From positions 32,490,001 through 32,550,000 of the forward strand of contig OZ076409.1 in NCBI GenBank assembly GCA_964187785.1: a stretch of DNA of 60,000 bases, in the 5' to 3' direction. Origin of the DNA: Amphiscolops sp. MND2022. Lineage: Eukaryota. Of the stretch, positions 1 to 13,302 are shown piece by piece. The position numbers were made by a program, and so were the translations under genes. Below the pieces are notes generated by a model. That model made no database searches. It saw only the letters and a program-made list of their open reading frames with translations, and had not been told where the DNA came from. Numbering within the stretch: position 1 is the first letter of the stretch; each line of letters begins with the position of its first letter.

Positions 1-2303
1 CTTTCGTCACAGGAGGCTCCTCTAGGTAGAGCTCCGAGGCGACGTGCCGGCACTCTCAAAGTCCGGACGCGCCCCACAAGCCTGTAAAAACGAATCCTAG
101 GTTCCTAACATACATTCCTGCTACCTCCTACACACTTCCGAGGTCCAAAAAGGTGTCTAACTGAAGTACATTGTATTTGGGGAATAAGTTCTAAAATACA
201 GATCTAGTAGATCAAACATCATCCAAATACTCTGTAAACGGTGACAAAACACGGGAATAAGCCCCAATAACATTACAGTTTAGGGTCGGTCGTCAGTCTG
301 GCCTCTGGCATCATTCCTCATCTTCGGGGCACAATGGTCTCATTTGGCATTTTTCTGCCGAAACCCTGTCTTTTTGCTGTCAGCTGGCACAATTCCTGAT
401 TCTCTCGCCTTCTGGGTGATGACATCTCTGACATTCACGTTCCTGGGGGGTGGGGTCTGCTTTTGCCTTCATTTTGCTTCTTTTACGGTTTTCGTACCTG
501 CCTGGTCGGCCATCTTGAATGTGCTTGTTTGATACCGCACATTTCGAATTTTTGATCACAGTTCGAAGTTGCACAGTTCACGCGTTCGTGGTCTGATGGT
601 AAGATGTTCGTTTTTCAACCCAGAGGTTTCGTGTTCAAACCCGTGCGTATGCGCAAGTTTTTTTTACAAGTATTGCGAAGCAGAAGGTTCTCACTTCTTC
701 GGCACTATGAGACTCCTCCACCCCTTTCGGCTTTGTGAGACTTTTTTTCGAAAATATTCTAATGTCCTCGAAGTGTCCTCCCTTCAATTTGATTTATATT
801 TTGCAACAAAAAAGATGTGAGAAAATCCTACAGGATCCTTTTTTCAGATTTTTCGGCTCTAAGAGGTTGTTAAAATTTCTCATTTTCCAAAAAAATTTCT
901 GAAGACTCCAAACGATCCCCCTTCATTTCTTTGAATGTTTGCAACAGAAGGGATGTTGAAAAATCTCAAAGGGCCTCCTTTTACAGTTTTCGGCACTGTG
1001 AGATTTTTCAAAAGGAATAGTTTTTGTCTTAAAGTTCGGTTTTCATAGGCCCAGCACGCTTTATCCGATTTCCGTTTTTTTAAAGACCGGTGTTTTTTTC
1101 AATGCGACTTTTTAAAAATTTGTTTTCAACGAAGCTCCCCTGAATTTTCACAAGAAACGAACTGTTCTGCGAGCGTAAAGGACTTCTCGAGGTTTTCGGC
1201 ACTATGCGACTTACCGGGGACTATCAAAAATTTATTTCTTCAATTTTCTGTTTTCTTTAAAGGTTTTCCGTTGCGAAAGATGGTTTTTTTGCAGTTTCCA
1301 AGTGGGGAAGAATGGTTTTTGAGACTTATGCGTATCCCCTCGGGTATTTCTTGCCGCTGTAAAATTGATGAAATTTTAACATTATTGTCCTTTTACCATT
1401 GGTTCTGCTTATTTATCATACCATTATGATACTGCTTATTTGTTTTCTTTTGAAAAGTTCACAACTTTCTTCGCAAGTGTTTGTGAAGCACGGCTTCGCG
1501 TCTGTGTTACATATTGCATGAATGCATGCAGGGAAATTTTTTTAAAAACCTAGAAAATTCAGGGATCAAGCAGGGAAAAATCTTGTGAAACTTCCCTGCA
1601 TCTTGGAAAATCTTGTAAAATTTCCCTGCATCTTTCAAAATCCTAGAAGTTTTTCACTGCGCTTTAGAAAGAGCTTTGCAACCTGATAAATCTTTGGAAA
1701 AATGTTTAATTTTCAGATGAAAACTTTTGGAAAAAGTCACTGCAACTGAAATTTTGAGCAAGAGTTCGCTTCTTCGATGAAAAAGATGACGACACTAAAT
1801 TTGAGAACTGAATTTCAAGGCAGCAATGTAGAAGTTCAGTTATAAAAACTACATTGGAATTCATAGACACCAAATTCAATTTTAGCGTTTAAAAGAGATG
1901 ACGTTTTCGGGAGCCATCTGGCATCAAACTCCTAGGGCATCTGCACTAGTTGCAAGTCAGCTTCCACGTCAAAAACGATTCCACAAGAATGCTTCTGAAA
2001 CAAACCCTCGAAAACATACTAAGGAGCCCCTTTTGGCTAATGTTTTTCACTTATATTATTTTTGGGATTTCGAGGATTTTTTTCCGAGGGTACCACTTTT
2101 ACATTTTTTGGCACTGTGACATTGTTCATAAATCTCAATTTTTGATTTTTTTGAAACTTTTTCGAAGTCTACAAATGGTCTTCCTTCAATAATTGTTTAC
2201 TCATTTTTCAGCAAACTGGAGTTTCAAAAAGCCCAAAGGGTCCGCCTTTTTACAATTTTAAAAGTGCCGACTTAGTGCCGACTTTGGCCGTTCCCGGCTT
2301 GTT
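1..2303. mobile_element. Non-autonomous interspersed repeat, possibly Helentron/DINE-like
   Basis: Recurring internal motif (C)GGCACT(A/G)TG at ~700, ~991, ~1198 and ~2111. The right end GCCGACTTTGGCCGTTCCCGGCTTGTT contains a GCCG..CGGC stem, and its reverse complement begins AACAAG as in DINE-1-type ends. No credible ORF. Left boundary uncertain. Confidence 0.4.
582..655 (+). pseudogene. tRNA-derived (Gly/Glu-like) pseudogene or SINE head
   Basis: Starts GCGTTCGTGGTCTGATGGT (A-box-like), has GTTCAAACCC (B-box, 633-642), ends ...GCGCA and is followed by a T-run at 658-665. Anticodon stem and T stem pair poorly. Confidence 0.5.
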
Positions 2304-2759
2304 TTTGTTATTGCGTACGGAACAAAAGTGCCAAAGCGTAAGTGACGTCAGTATTGTCTAGATCGTTGTACTAGACATCTGAAATAAATCAATCAAATTG
2401 CGTTTCCGAAACCAAATCATTGCAATGCTGCCATTTGTGGCAAACACTTGAAGAAACCATCTCAGTTGGATCAGCCAACATGCAATCTTGAAGGAAATAG
2501 TCGAAATCTAGTACAAACGGTTTTGTTTCTAATACGGTGTAATAACGCGTCGGAATCTATTCAGTTCACAAAAACCAAAAGTGCCATTCAAATTGATACA
2601 GAACAATAGTGAAAAACACCATTTTGTGGATACATATTTATACATCTAGTTTAAATAGATTCGCTTTATTACAGAACCAAGTAGTTTCTATCATTATGAC
2701 AGAGAATAGTTTCGCATAAGAAAAAGTTCAGTTTAGACTTTTGTTTTCTTTCATCTAAC

Positions 2760-3710
2760 CTTGAAGAAAAAAACATGGGCCAGTCAGCAACCTAAGTTGA
2801 ACTTTTATACTGATCTGATCGAAACAAAGCAAAGGACTCAAGAAGCAACACAAATTGAAGTGCCGAACCTCGAAGCACAACGGACGGAATCAAGATATTC
2901 ACACCAAAACATTGGTTCGAAAAATTCCGCAATACACAGAACGAAACGAACAAATGGACACAACAAAATTATTCCGGAAAACCGAAAAGACACAAACCGT
3001 ATGTCATATAGGGCATTGGCCCTGTTATGTCAAATGTCAAACGACACAGGCAGAGTACAAAACTGAACAGGATAAAAAAGCAATAACAGAATTGATCCAT
3101 TCAATGACTTTTGTTTACCGGAAAGAAACACTTATGACAACCGCGACGAATTCTTCTGGAACACTTTTTGAAACCATAATTGCCGAAGAACGACTCATTT
3201 TAAAACTTATGACAGCAGTCGCAGACAAGAAAGTCTGAGACAAATTACTGAATGAGAAAAAACCTGAATTCGAGAAAATGAGAGAAATGATCAAACAGAA
3301 CAAATATGAAAAAAAAACAACAAAAACACAAAACCGGAAGTTTTATTATCAAACCCAGGAAGAAGAATCAAAGAAGAACCATTAAAAAGAATGGGAAAAT
3401 TGAACAACAACGGACCATATACATTTGGTAACACCGAGCTGGAATCCTACAAACAAATGCCTAGCAATGGACCAAACATGCAATAACTGTGGAAATAAGG
3501 GCCACTTTGCACGGACGTGCATACAAAAAAGTTTTAAACGCAAAATAGAGAACGTAAGCGGAACTGACAAAGCAACGATTGGAGAAGAAACTGACGATTC
3601 AGAATCAAGCATCTAAAGAATCGAAAAAATCGAAAAGTAGTAGACAGAAACAAACACTTGCCAACGACAGTGAAAATTAACAGTGAAAAAATCAAGACAG
3701 AAAGACAGAG

Positions 3711-3765
<55 letters not shown>

Positions 3766-6700
3766 TGATAATAGACACCGGATCACCAATATCAATAATG
3801 CCGGTAGACAACAAATAAAATGAAAGGAACCGAAATCCAAAAACTCAAACATCGGGACCAAGATGTGAACTAGAACGAAGTAAATTCCGGGGGAATGACG
3901 GGTAGATAATGAATACGAAAATAAAAATCAAAGGTGCAGATATTTCACACCGAAAGAAGCGAGATAACACCGCTACTCGGAATTGACTTTTTTAAGAAAT
4001 TTAAACCAACAGTCAGAAACAATCGCTCGAACAAAGACCGACGTCAGGAAAAAGCAAATTATAAAAACAGTTCACTGACCTATTCAGAACCAACAACACT
4101 CTAAACGACGCGAAACGAAAAATACATTTGAAATCGTGACATTACCCAGTAAAACAAAAACTGAGACCGATACCATTCTACTTCCAAGAAGCAGTCGGAA
4201 AAGAACTAGAAGAACTAACGCAATCCTGACACTTGTAAAGAGTGAAACATGTGTACGAAGACTGGTGTGTATCATCGGTGATAATAATTGTAAAGAACAT
4301 TTGTTCGGAAATCGTTTTAGATTCACGAGGATGAAACCACTGTTTAATGAATGTTCGACCGCTCTTGCTGAACATGGAAGATTTACTGAAAAAAGCTTTG
4401 GTGGAAATAAACTACCGAACATCGAAGAACATGTAATCGAAGATTGACCTTGACTTAGCGAATGAAATAAAAATTGTTCCATATACTTAATAAATTAGAT
4501 GAAAAAGGTTAAAGATCAAATGAAAGAAAGTTCGATTTTTGTCAGAATACAACAAAATGATTGGGACACCAATTAGACAGGAATTAAATTAAACCAAGCA
4601 AAGAAAAAGTGAACGCCACACTGGATTTAAATGGATTCGAAACACCTGAAGAACCGGAAACATTTGAAATAATTTCGCCAAGCAAGAAAAGTTTTTGATT
4701 TTGATTTTCCGAGAATATCGGAAAGACCCGATAGATTATGGATACTATGGAACATAAAACACGGAAAAAATGGGAAGCAGAGCAAGAAAACGTTTTCACA
4801 ACGATGAAGAAAATGTAGACCGAAGAACCAAACTTCAGCACAGTGCGCAAAAGGTAAAGACACTGTAACCACGGATGCAAGCAGACCTGATCTCGCAAAA
4901 TCACAAAAGCAGAAGCAAGCAGATGGAGATTTAAAACGACAGCAAAATGTTGATTTTAAACGATAGTGAAAATACTTACTCGGTCGCAGAACTTGAAGTA
5001 TTAGCAGCTGTATAGGATAAAAAAAACTTTTGAAGTTCGTTTGTACATTTACGGAAAGTTATTGTTCATTCATGCTATTCACCAAGCATTAGAACAGTTA
5101 ATTAAAGGGAAAAGATGCAACAAGTAATATAGTGCTAGACTAACCAAAGGGTTAAATCGGTTATCATATTTTGATATTGCAATACAACACATAGCTGGAG
5201 GTTGTTTGAAACTTACAGATTTTCTTAGCGACTTTGTAGAGGGCACGACGACCAAAAACATGTAATATGTACAACCACAGAGAGGCCATTCTTGCAGAAC
5301 AAGCCAAACTGATTTTGAAATACGGAAGAGTCTCCACGAACCAATCATGAAGCCTACCGAGTAACACTACAATGCACAAACGCGAAGTTAGTAACCAATC
5401 GAAAAGAATAGAACACCCAGGATGTGAACAAATAAAACGAACAAACTGAAACAGCCGAGTAACTCAATAAAAAGTAAACACCTAAAAACTTTCACCTTAC
5501 AAAATTGTCGGAAATTTTCATTACAAACGTTCAAAAGACAGGATAGGGATTACTTTCCCTAGGAGGCAACCGCGGAAGTAATGGAATTTATCCGAAGACG
5601 ACGGAAACGCCCGGAGACGAGAAGACTTGTAGAAAGACGATGGGAGATAGCCAACCCGCCACAAAGAGGCGACGCTATGACAAGAATGCGCAAAGAACAA
5701 CGTGAGTTCCGTCGCGGCCGAATAAGAGAAGCAGGAGGAAATCACCGAGTTCGACAGCGACATACTGCAGCGTGCAAGGAGATGGGGGGCTGCCAATCAA
5801 CCGCAGTATCCGAAGACGATCCGGAACAAATTCAATTGGAGAAACAGCTCCCAGAAGAACCAATGGACAACCCAAAAAGCGAGGGAAAAGGTCAAATCAT
5901 CCGCGGAAATAATTTACCGCTTGTGAATCTGAAAATGTTACAACACCGAAAGCAAAGAAGCAAATGAAATGCAAATCAACCAAAAAACAAGCAAAGATCG
6001 AAGAAAAAAATCACTGAAGAAGCAATAAAACGAGCGGTAATGGACTTCATGCCAGACCTAAAAAGCATGATTGCGATCTCAGCAACGGATGCAGCGCAAA
6101 ACCGAGTAAACTGGAATGGGACGGCAACCTGGCACCGGAACATATTACACAACAAACGAAAGTATGTCATTGAAATGATTCCAACCGAACTCAAGAAGAA
6201 ACCATTTGACACCCTGCAGTTTGGGCGCAAAGATGGCTCTCGAAGCCAATTTTTTTTCAGTGACCAAACCTCAGCAAAGATATTGAAGATTGTGTCGAAA
6301 ACTGAAAAAATCGCTTGGCTTGACGCTCGACAATATTTTCAAATAACAAATAGCGGAAAACTGAAAACACTTACTGAGCCGGAGCAAGAAATTCAAACAT
6401 TTTTTACCGAGAATATACAAAATTAAAACTGAACGGCAAGAGGCAATTACTAATAGATTACTAATAGATAAATTCAGTAATTGCCCAACCGTGAGAACTT
6501 TAGGAATATCCGAGTCAAGTGAGGATCATAACTGTCCTAACCTTAACTTTTACGGAATACCGGAATGCATTATTTCGAAAGAATGGATTGCTAGTCAAAA
6601 AAGTTTTGCTAGTCAAAAAACATTGAGGTTGAATACTGTACACCGAAATTACGTAACGGTACCTTGGTAGCGGGAAGTGCAATACAAACTATAAACAATT

Positions 6701-7603
6701 GAATATTGGCCAATTTCGAACATATTTTATTCCTGACCGAATTTTGGAAGATCGCAAATGCTATTTACACTTCACGGAGTATTATATCTAATTCCATTCG
6801 TATTACATCACGTTCGATAACCGAGAACGGAAATGACCAATCTGGTTATAGACAGACAATTGTACGTCTCTGATTGTAGTTCGAGTTGTCTGTTTCAGCA
6901 AAGAAAAAGTCAAATATTCCAACATATTAGACAAAAGATGAAGAAGGCGATGTCAAAAAATATATGATGATGGTAAAAACAAAGACCGGAAAAAAGCTGT
7001 GAAGAAACAACCGAAAACATTTCGGTTCGTGAATACCCTTTTAAAATTTTTCAAAACAACCAGAAAAGAAATCCTTTAGATGTAAAGTTTCAAAAGCAAA
7101 TACGAACCGAGGTAAGTGTTGCTGAACACACCGTACCTTCTAAAAACGGATAATTGATTCACCGAAAACATATTTCGGGTCGACTGTAATTCAGAACGAC
7201 CAGAAAAAAAACGGGCACCGCGAATGGGAGACAGAATAAATCCGAAAAATTGGGACGCCTACCAACGTATGTACGACGAAAGTGATTTTGTATTGGAAAA
7301 TCTTGAAGACGAACTGAGCGTGCACACTGACGGTGAGACACAAACTGGTGATTGTAAACAAATTTCTATTAACCGAAAATACACTCCTTAGAAGATCAAG
7401 TCGAGAAAGTAACCAACCGTGTAGGTACATGGGAGTACCATAAACCAAATAGTTTCGGAGATAACGAATTTAACATGATTTGTTTCAGGACTCAACCGAA
7501 GTAGTTTGACAGAAACATCACCGAAACCATCGGACGTCAAGAGAAAGATGAGACACATACGAGGCATCTGTAAAATGGGGAAGAAACCCTAGAGCGGGGA
7601 CAA
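2760..7603 (+). mobile_element. Decayed Gypsy/Ty3 LTR retrotransposon (gag-PR-RT-RH-IN)
   Basis: Gag knuckle CNNCGNKGHFARTC (ORF 3425-3616). Protease LIIDTGSPISIMP (DTG at 3774-3782). RT remnants PNIEE and KIDLD. RNase H VTTDAS, YSVAELEVLAAV and YSARLT...HIAG..LKLTDFLS. Integrase remnants YGIPE and EYCTPK. A purine tract precedes TGTAAT at 7604. Many stops and frameshifts. Confidence 0.85.
3707..3762. repeat. (AG)n microsatellite
   Basis: About 28 AG units with one interruption, directly upstream of the protease DTG motif. Confidence 0.95.
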
Positions 7604-8929
7604 TGTAATACGGTTTTGTTACTCCGTCCGAATTCATTCGCATCACCAAACTAACAAAACTGAAAAAGAACATTTTTGAACAAACTATGAAACTATGTTT
7701 ATTTCAATCAATGTTCAAATAAAAGTATACGTGTTTGTATAAATGGTTGGCCTTGTTACGAAACCATTAGATGCTAAGATTTTGATAGAGAATGCTGGGC
7801 ATAACAAAAGACTTCAGTGTGAAACTTGTTTTTATTTAATTTAGTTGGAAAAGATCGATGTTTCCAAAAGAATCACGTCTAATGCTCTAAGCAATAAAAT
7901 GGAAGTTGATACGTGATTCATTGATACCATTTGCTTATTGAAACACAGCCGGTCGGAGAATTCGATGCTTCACTTAATTCGCATGCGTCTGAAACCAATT
8001 CACCAATTTGCCACAACCAAAAAAACATTCTGTTTATTTCGTATTTTCACTATTTCTACTGTTTTTCGGTCCCTAGCGACATATGTTCGTGTTACATCCT
8101 ATAGCTGTACACGTCATATAGCCGCCTGAACACGTTTTCAATAGCCTAGAGTTGAGGTATTAAGGAGCATCTGAAGTAAGTAGGGAGTAAGTAGTATTGG
8201 AGTGCTTCTAAGAACTGTAGGTTATCTTTTGTAAATCTCTTTTGCAGTTCAAAGCAATGTGAAAAGTTCACTGTTCCTATTTTATATGGCTTTGTCAGTG
8301 GCTACTAGCTAAACTATTGTGCTTCCTCTGGACGTTTTTCAACTATTTCAAAAACATTGCGCTCAATGACACTTCGCATTTTTTTCATCCGTTGGGAACT
8401 TCAACTCGTGAAAAGTCAGTCTTTCGGTAACTTTAGTTGTACACTTTTTACTAGGTGTGCTGGACAACACTTCCGTTTTACATTAGCTGTTAAGTTCAAA
8501 TGGTGAAACAATGAAGGCAATTTTTGGGTATACTCAACGAAATCAGGGTAGGATAAGAAAATTTTTGGAGCCAACTTCTATATAAAAACGCAGGAAGTTC
8601 TTCTTCGATTAACCCCGCTGACAACAAACGTGCAAGGTGGTCAACGGATTCGATTGAAAGCCGTGGCTATGGTCACAGATGTGGCTGGAGAGGTCGAAGT
8701 TGTGCAGAAAGTGAAAAGTAAACAAAACCTGACAGTCATGACAGTCACGTGACCGACCTATCATCAGCAATTTCTTCTGGCCCTAGGCTGGTGTGACTTA
8801 TGCAATGTCACCACCATTCCTTTTTATGTGATCGTCATCCATACTTGTGGCATCGGTGGCCACCTCAACTTCGTCCCCGGAGCATTTGGAACACATTCGC
8901 CAACAGTTGTGGCCAGTTGTCATACGTTG

Positions 8930-10617
8930 GTCCCAGTAATCATGTAGTGACCAATTGGGCATGGTTGAAATACCATCTTCTAGAAGAAATAGCTTATCGT
9001 CAAAGCAGCTGAGAGAAACCCTTTGATCGAATTGTTTGTATTTGTGCTTCCTCGGTCCAGTTCCCGTGTTCAACACTTTGATAGAGCAGCATGTCTGGAA
9101 AACTTTCTTCTATACGTTTTACGGTGAGGTCTTTCTGAGCGTATCAGTAGACTCCTTTTGCAGATAGTTTCTATCGTCCGCTCGCTGAGATGGAATACGT
9201 TTGGTCTTCAAGCCTACAACTCCTTCAATGGTAACGCCTTCGATTTCATTATTTCCCCAGCTATTGTTGGTTCGTTTCATAAGATGGATTCTTTTTGACG
9301 AAATAGCAGCTAAAATATTTTTGAAAGTTTTAAACTGGCAAAAAATGGCCCGTCTGTCCTTCGGAGTAGGTCATGGCGTTTGTTCACAAGTAGAACATTC
9401 AAGCAGTTGCGCTTACTTTCCAGTTTTGCCGTAACAAGGGTTGTTCATCAGTTTGAAGAAGCTCTTTTTGAACTTGTTTCGATCTTCTGTTTTTTTTTCA
9501 GCTTCGAGCTGCATGTAGGGCTTCAACCATCACGACTGCTTGGATTTCAAAACTCGATGAACTCTTTTCACCTTCATGCCGAGTTTCACACTATGTTGTA
9601 GAGTTATATAATGAACAGTGTAGTTCTTTTTGTCCGACAACGATTGAATCAGTTTTGTGCCTTGACTGTATCTGTCAGGTTTCCCCATCATTTCAGATAG
9701 TTCTTATTGTTTTTCTCCCAAAGTCTCCATAGGACCCAAGGGCAAATCTTTATGCGAATCATGAAGTATGTCTGGATAACGTAAGTCTGCTTTAAGTTTG
9801 TGTCCTTGTTCCGAGTCGTCTGGTGTGTTCAAGATTTCATTGGGTTTATTTTGAAACTGAGAGTGTTTCAAAGCTGTTCAACGGTAATGGAAACTCCTCC
9901 ATTACGCCACTGTACAAATTGTTAGCGTCCAATAGTACTCCGCTGGTGTCATACTCATTTTAATAGTGTTCCTGTTGTTTCCTTTAAAAACCTTTTGTCA
10001 AGTACTGAAGATACTCCTCGTCTGACCATATTTTCCACCGTTTCCAAATGGGTTCGGTCTGTTGGCAGCTCAATGTCTGCTCGACACGTCTCCAAGAAGT
10101 CGTCACGTGATAAGTGGGAACAAGTAAAGTAATAGGCACTATCCAAGCCATAGATCTTCTTGAAAAACCTCCGAAATTCTTCAATCACCCATCTAAAACC
10201 AGACTGTTAGTTCTAGGTGGAGGTCGTGGTAATCACCCATATTTGCGCAATAGACTCGTTCATTGACTTTTTTGGCGGGTTTTTATTCATCTTGAGTCAA
10301 CATGATTGCTCTTTGCGCAAAGAGTCCGTCCATCGATAAGTTGGCGGCAGTTTCTCTCCTTGAAAATAAAAACGAAAATACGCTGTTTGACGTAGGAGGC
10401 TTCGGTCTCCTGCGGAATAGGTTGCTAAGCTTCTAACTAGGTATTTAAACTTTTATTCTGGCTAGCATCCAGCCAGGTTCTCGAGCGGCGCTGCAATGAC
10501 TCGGTACGAGACGTTGAAACGCAAATACTCGAATACCGCATTTGTAGCACCATTTCTAATAATGTGATATGTTTTTCTTTCATCTGTGGAAGGAAAATCG
10601 TCAACATGGCAATCATG
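8930..10617 (-). pseudogene. Polinton protein-primed family B DNA polymerase, central and C-terminal part, copy 1
   Basis: YGLDSAYYFT...IELPTD...MVRRGVSSV; motif A LLDANNLYSGVM (DANNLY at 9912-9929); KADLRYPDILHDSHKDLPLGP; C-terminal SLSCFDDKLFLLEDGIST. Frameshifted. Confidence 0.88.
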
Positions 10618-11264
10618 TTATATGGCTTTGTCAGTGGCTACTAGCTGAATTGTTGTGCTTCCTCTGGACGTTTTTCAACTATTTCAGAAACATTGCGCTC
10701 AATGACACTTCGCTTTTTTTTTCATCCGTTGAGAACTTCATTTCGTGAAAAGTCAGTCTTTCGGTAACTTTAGTTGTACACTTTTTACTGTGCTAAACAA
10801 GACTTCCGTTTTACATCAGCTGTTAAGTTCAAATAGTGAAACAATGAAGGCCATTTTTGGGTATAATCAAAGAAATCAGGGTAGTATAAGAAAATTTTTG
10901 GAGTCAACTTCTTTATAAAAACGCAGGAAGTTCTTCTTCGATTAACCCCGCTGACCACAAACGTGCAAGGTGGTCAACGGATTCGATTGAAAGCCGTGGC
11001 TATGGTCACAGATGTGGCTGGAGAGGTCGAAGTTGTGCAGGAAGTGAAAAGTAAACAAAACCTGACAGTCATGACAGTCACGTGAACGGCCTATCATCAG
11101 CAATTTCTTCTGGCTCTAGGCTGGTGTGACTTATGCAATGTCACCACCATTCCTTTTTATGTGATCGTCATCCATACTTGTGGCATCGGTGGCCACCTCA
11201 ACTTCGTCCCCGGAGCATTTGGAACACATTCGCCAACAGCTGTGGCCAGTTGTCATACGTTGGT

Positions 11265-12949
11265 CCCAGTAATCATGTAGTGACCAAATGGGCATGGTTG
11301 AAATACCATCTTCTAGAAAAAATAGCTTATCGTCAAAGCAGCTGAGAGAAACCCTTTGATCGAATTGTTTGTATTTCTGCTTCCTCGGTCCAGTTCCCGT
11401 GTTCCACACTTTGATAGAGCAGCATGTCTGGAAAACTTTCTTGTATACGTTTTACGGTGAGGTCTTTCTGAGCGTATCAGTTGACGCCTCTCGCAGATAG
11501 TTTGTATCGGCCGCTCGCTGACATGGAATACGTTTGGTCTTCAAACCTACAACTCCTTCAATGGTAACGCCTTCGATATCATTATTTCCCTAGCTATTGT
11601 TGGTTCGTTTCATAAGATGGATTCTTTTTGACGAAATAGCAGCTAAAATATTTTTGAAAGTTTTAAACTGGCAAAAAATGGCCCGTCTGTCCTTCGGAGT
11701 AGGTCATGGCGTTTGTACACAAGTGGAACATTCAAGCAGTTGCGCTTACTTTCCAGTTTTGCCGTAACAAGGGTTGTTCATCAGTTTGAAGAAGCTCTTT
11801 TTGAACTTGTTTCGATTTTCTGTTTTTTTTCAGTTTTGAGCTGCATGTAGGGCTTCAACCATCAAGACTGCTTGGATTTCAAAACTCGATGAACTCTTTT
11901 CACCTTCATGCCGAGTTTCACACTATGTTGTAGAGTTATATAATGAACAGTGTAGTTCTTTTTGTCCGACAACGATTGAATCAGTTTTGTGCCTTGACGG
12001 TATCTGTCAGGTTTCCCCATCATTTCAGATAGTTCTTATTGTTTTTCTCCCAAAGTCCTCCATAGGACCCAAGGCAAATCTTTATGCGAATCATGAAGTA
12101 TGTCTGGATAACGTAAGTCTGCTTTAAGTTTGTGTCCTTGTTCCGAGTCGTCTGGTGTGTTCAAGATTTCATTGGGTTTATTTTGAAACTGAGAGTGTTT
12201 CAAAGCTGTTCAACGGTAATGGAAACTTCTCCATTACGCCACTGTACAAATTGTTAGCGTCCAATTGTACTCCGCTGGTGTCATACTCATTTTAATAGTG
12301 TTCCTGTTGTTTCCTTTGAAAACCTTTTGTCAAGTACTGAAGATACTCCTCGTCTGACCATATTTTCCACCGTTTCCAAATGGGTTCGGTCTGTTGGCAG
12401 CTCAATGTCTGCTCGACACGTCTCCAAGAAGTCGTCACGTAATAAGTGGGAACAAGTAAAGTAATAGGCACTATCCAAGCCATAGATCTTGTTGAAAAAC
12501 CTTCGAATTTCTTCAATCACCCATCTAAAACCAGACTGTTAGTTCTAGGTGGAGGTCGTGGTATTCACCCATATTTGCGCAATTGACTCGTTCATTGACT
12601 TTTTTGGCGGGTTTTTATTCATCTTGAGTCAACATGATTGCTCTTTGCGCAAAGAGTCCGTCCATCGATAAGTTGGCGGCAGTTTCTCTCCTTGAAAATA
12701 ATAACGAAAATACGCTTTTTGACGTAGGAGGTTTCGGTCTCCTGCGGAATAGGTTGCTAAGCTTCTAACTAGGTATTTAAATTTTTATTCTGGCTAGCAT
12801 CCAGCCAGGTTCTCGAGCGGCGCTGCAATGACTCGGTACGAGACGTTGAAACGCAAATACTCGAATACCGCCTTTGTAGCACCATTTCTGATAATGTGAT
12901 ATGTTTTTCTTTCATCTGTGGAAGGAAAATCGTCAACATGGCAATCATG
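11265..12949 (-). pseudogene. Polinton PolB central and C-terminal part, copy 2
   Basis: Same motifs as copy 1 (DANNLY at 12244-12261). Confidence 0.88.
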
Positions 12950-13302
12950 TTATATGGCTTTGTCAGTGGCTACTAGCTGAATTGTTGTGCTTCCTCTGGA
13001 CGTTTTTCAACTATTTCAGAGACATTGCGCTCAATGACACTTCGCTTTTTTTTTCATCCGTTGAGAACTTCATTTCGTGAAAAGTCAGTCTTTCGGTAAC
13101 TTTAGTTGTACACTTTTTACTGTGCTGAACAACACTTCCGTTTTACATCAGCTGTTAAGTTCAAATAGTGAAACAATGAAGGCCATTTTTGGGTATAATC
13201 AAAGAAATCAGGGTAGTATAAGAAAATTTTTGGAGTCAACTTCTTTATAAAAACGCAGGAAGTTCTTCTTCGATTAACCCCGCTGACCACAAACGTGCAA
13301 GG

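Larger units (their letters stand above)
8282..13302. repeat. Tandem duplication of a ~2.33-kb unit (2.15 copies; A-B-A-B-A)
   Basis: TTATATGGCTTTGTCAGTGGCTACTAGCT recurs at 8282, 10618 and 12950. The third copy ends at AAACGTGCAAGG (13302). ORFs are duplicated (8798/11131, 9955/12287). Confidence 0.97.

Noticed and set aside
582..655. Functional tRNA gene
   Set aside because: Anticodon and T stems do not pair properly and an internal T5 run would terminate Pol III early; kept only as a pseudogene or SINE-like feature.
2306..7750. LTR pair for the first Gypsy element (TGTTATTGCG at 2306 vs TGTAATACGG at 7604)
   Set aside because: The two segments do not align beyond a few bases and no TSD or clear primer-binding site was found.
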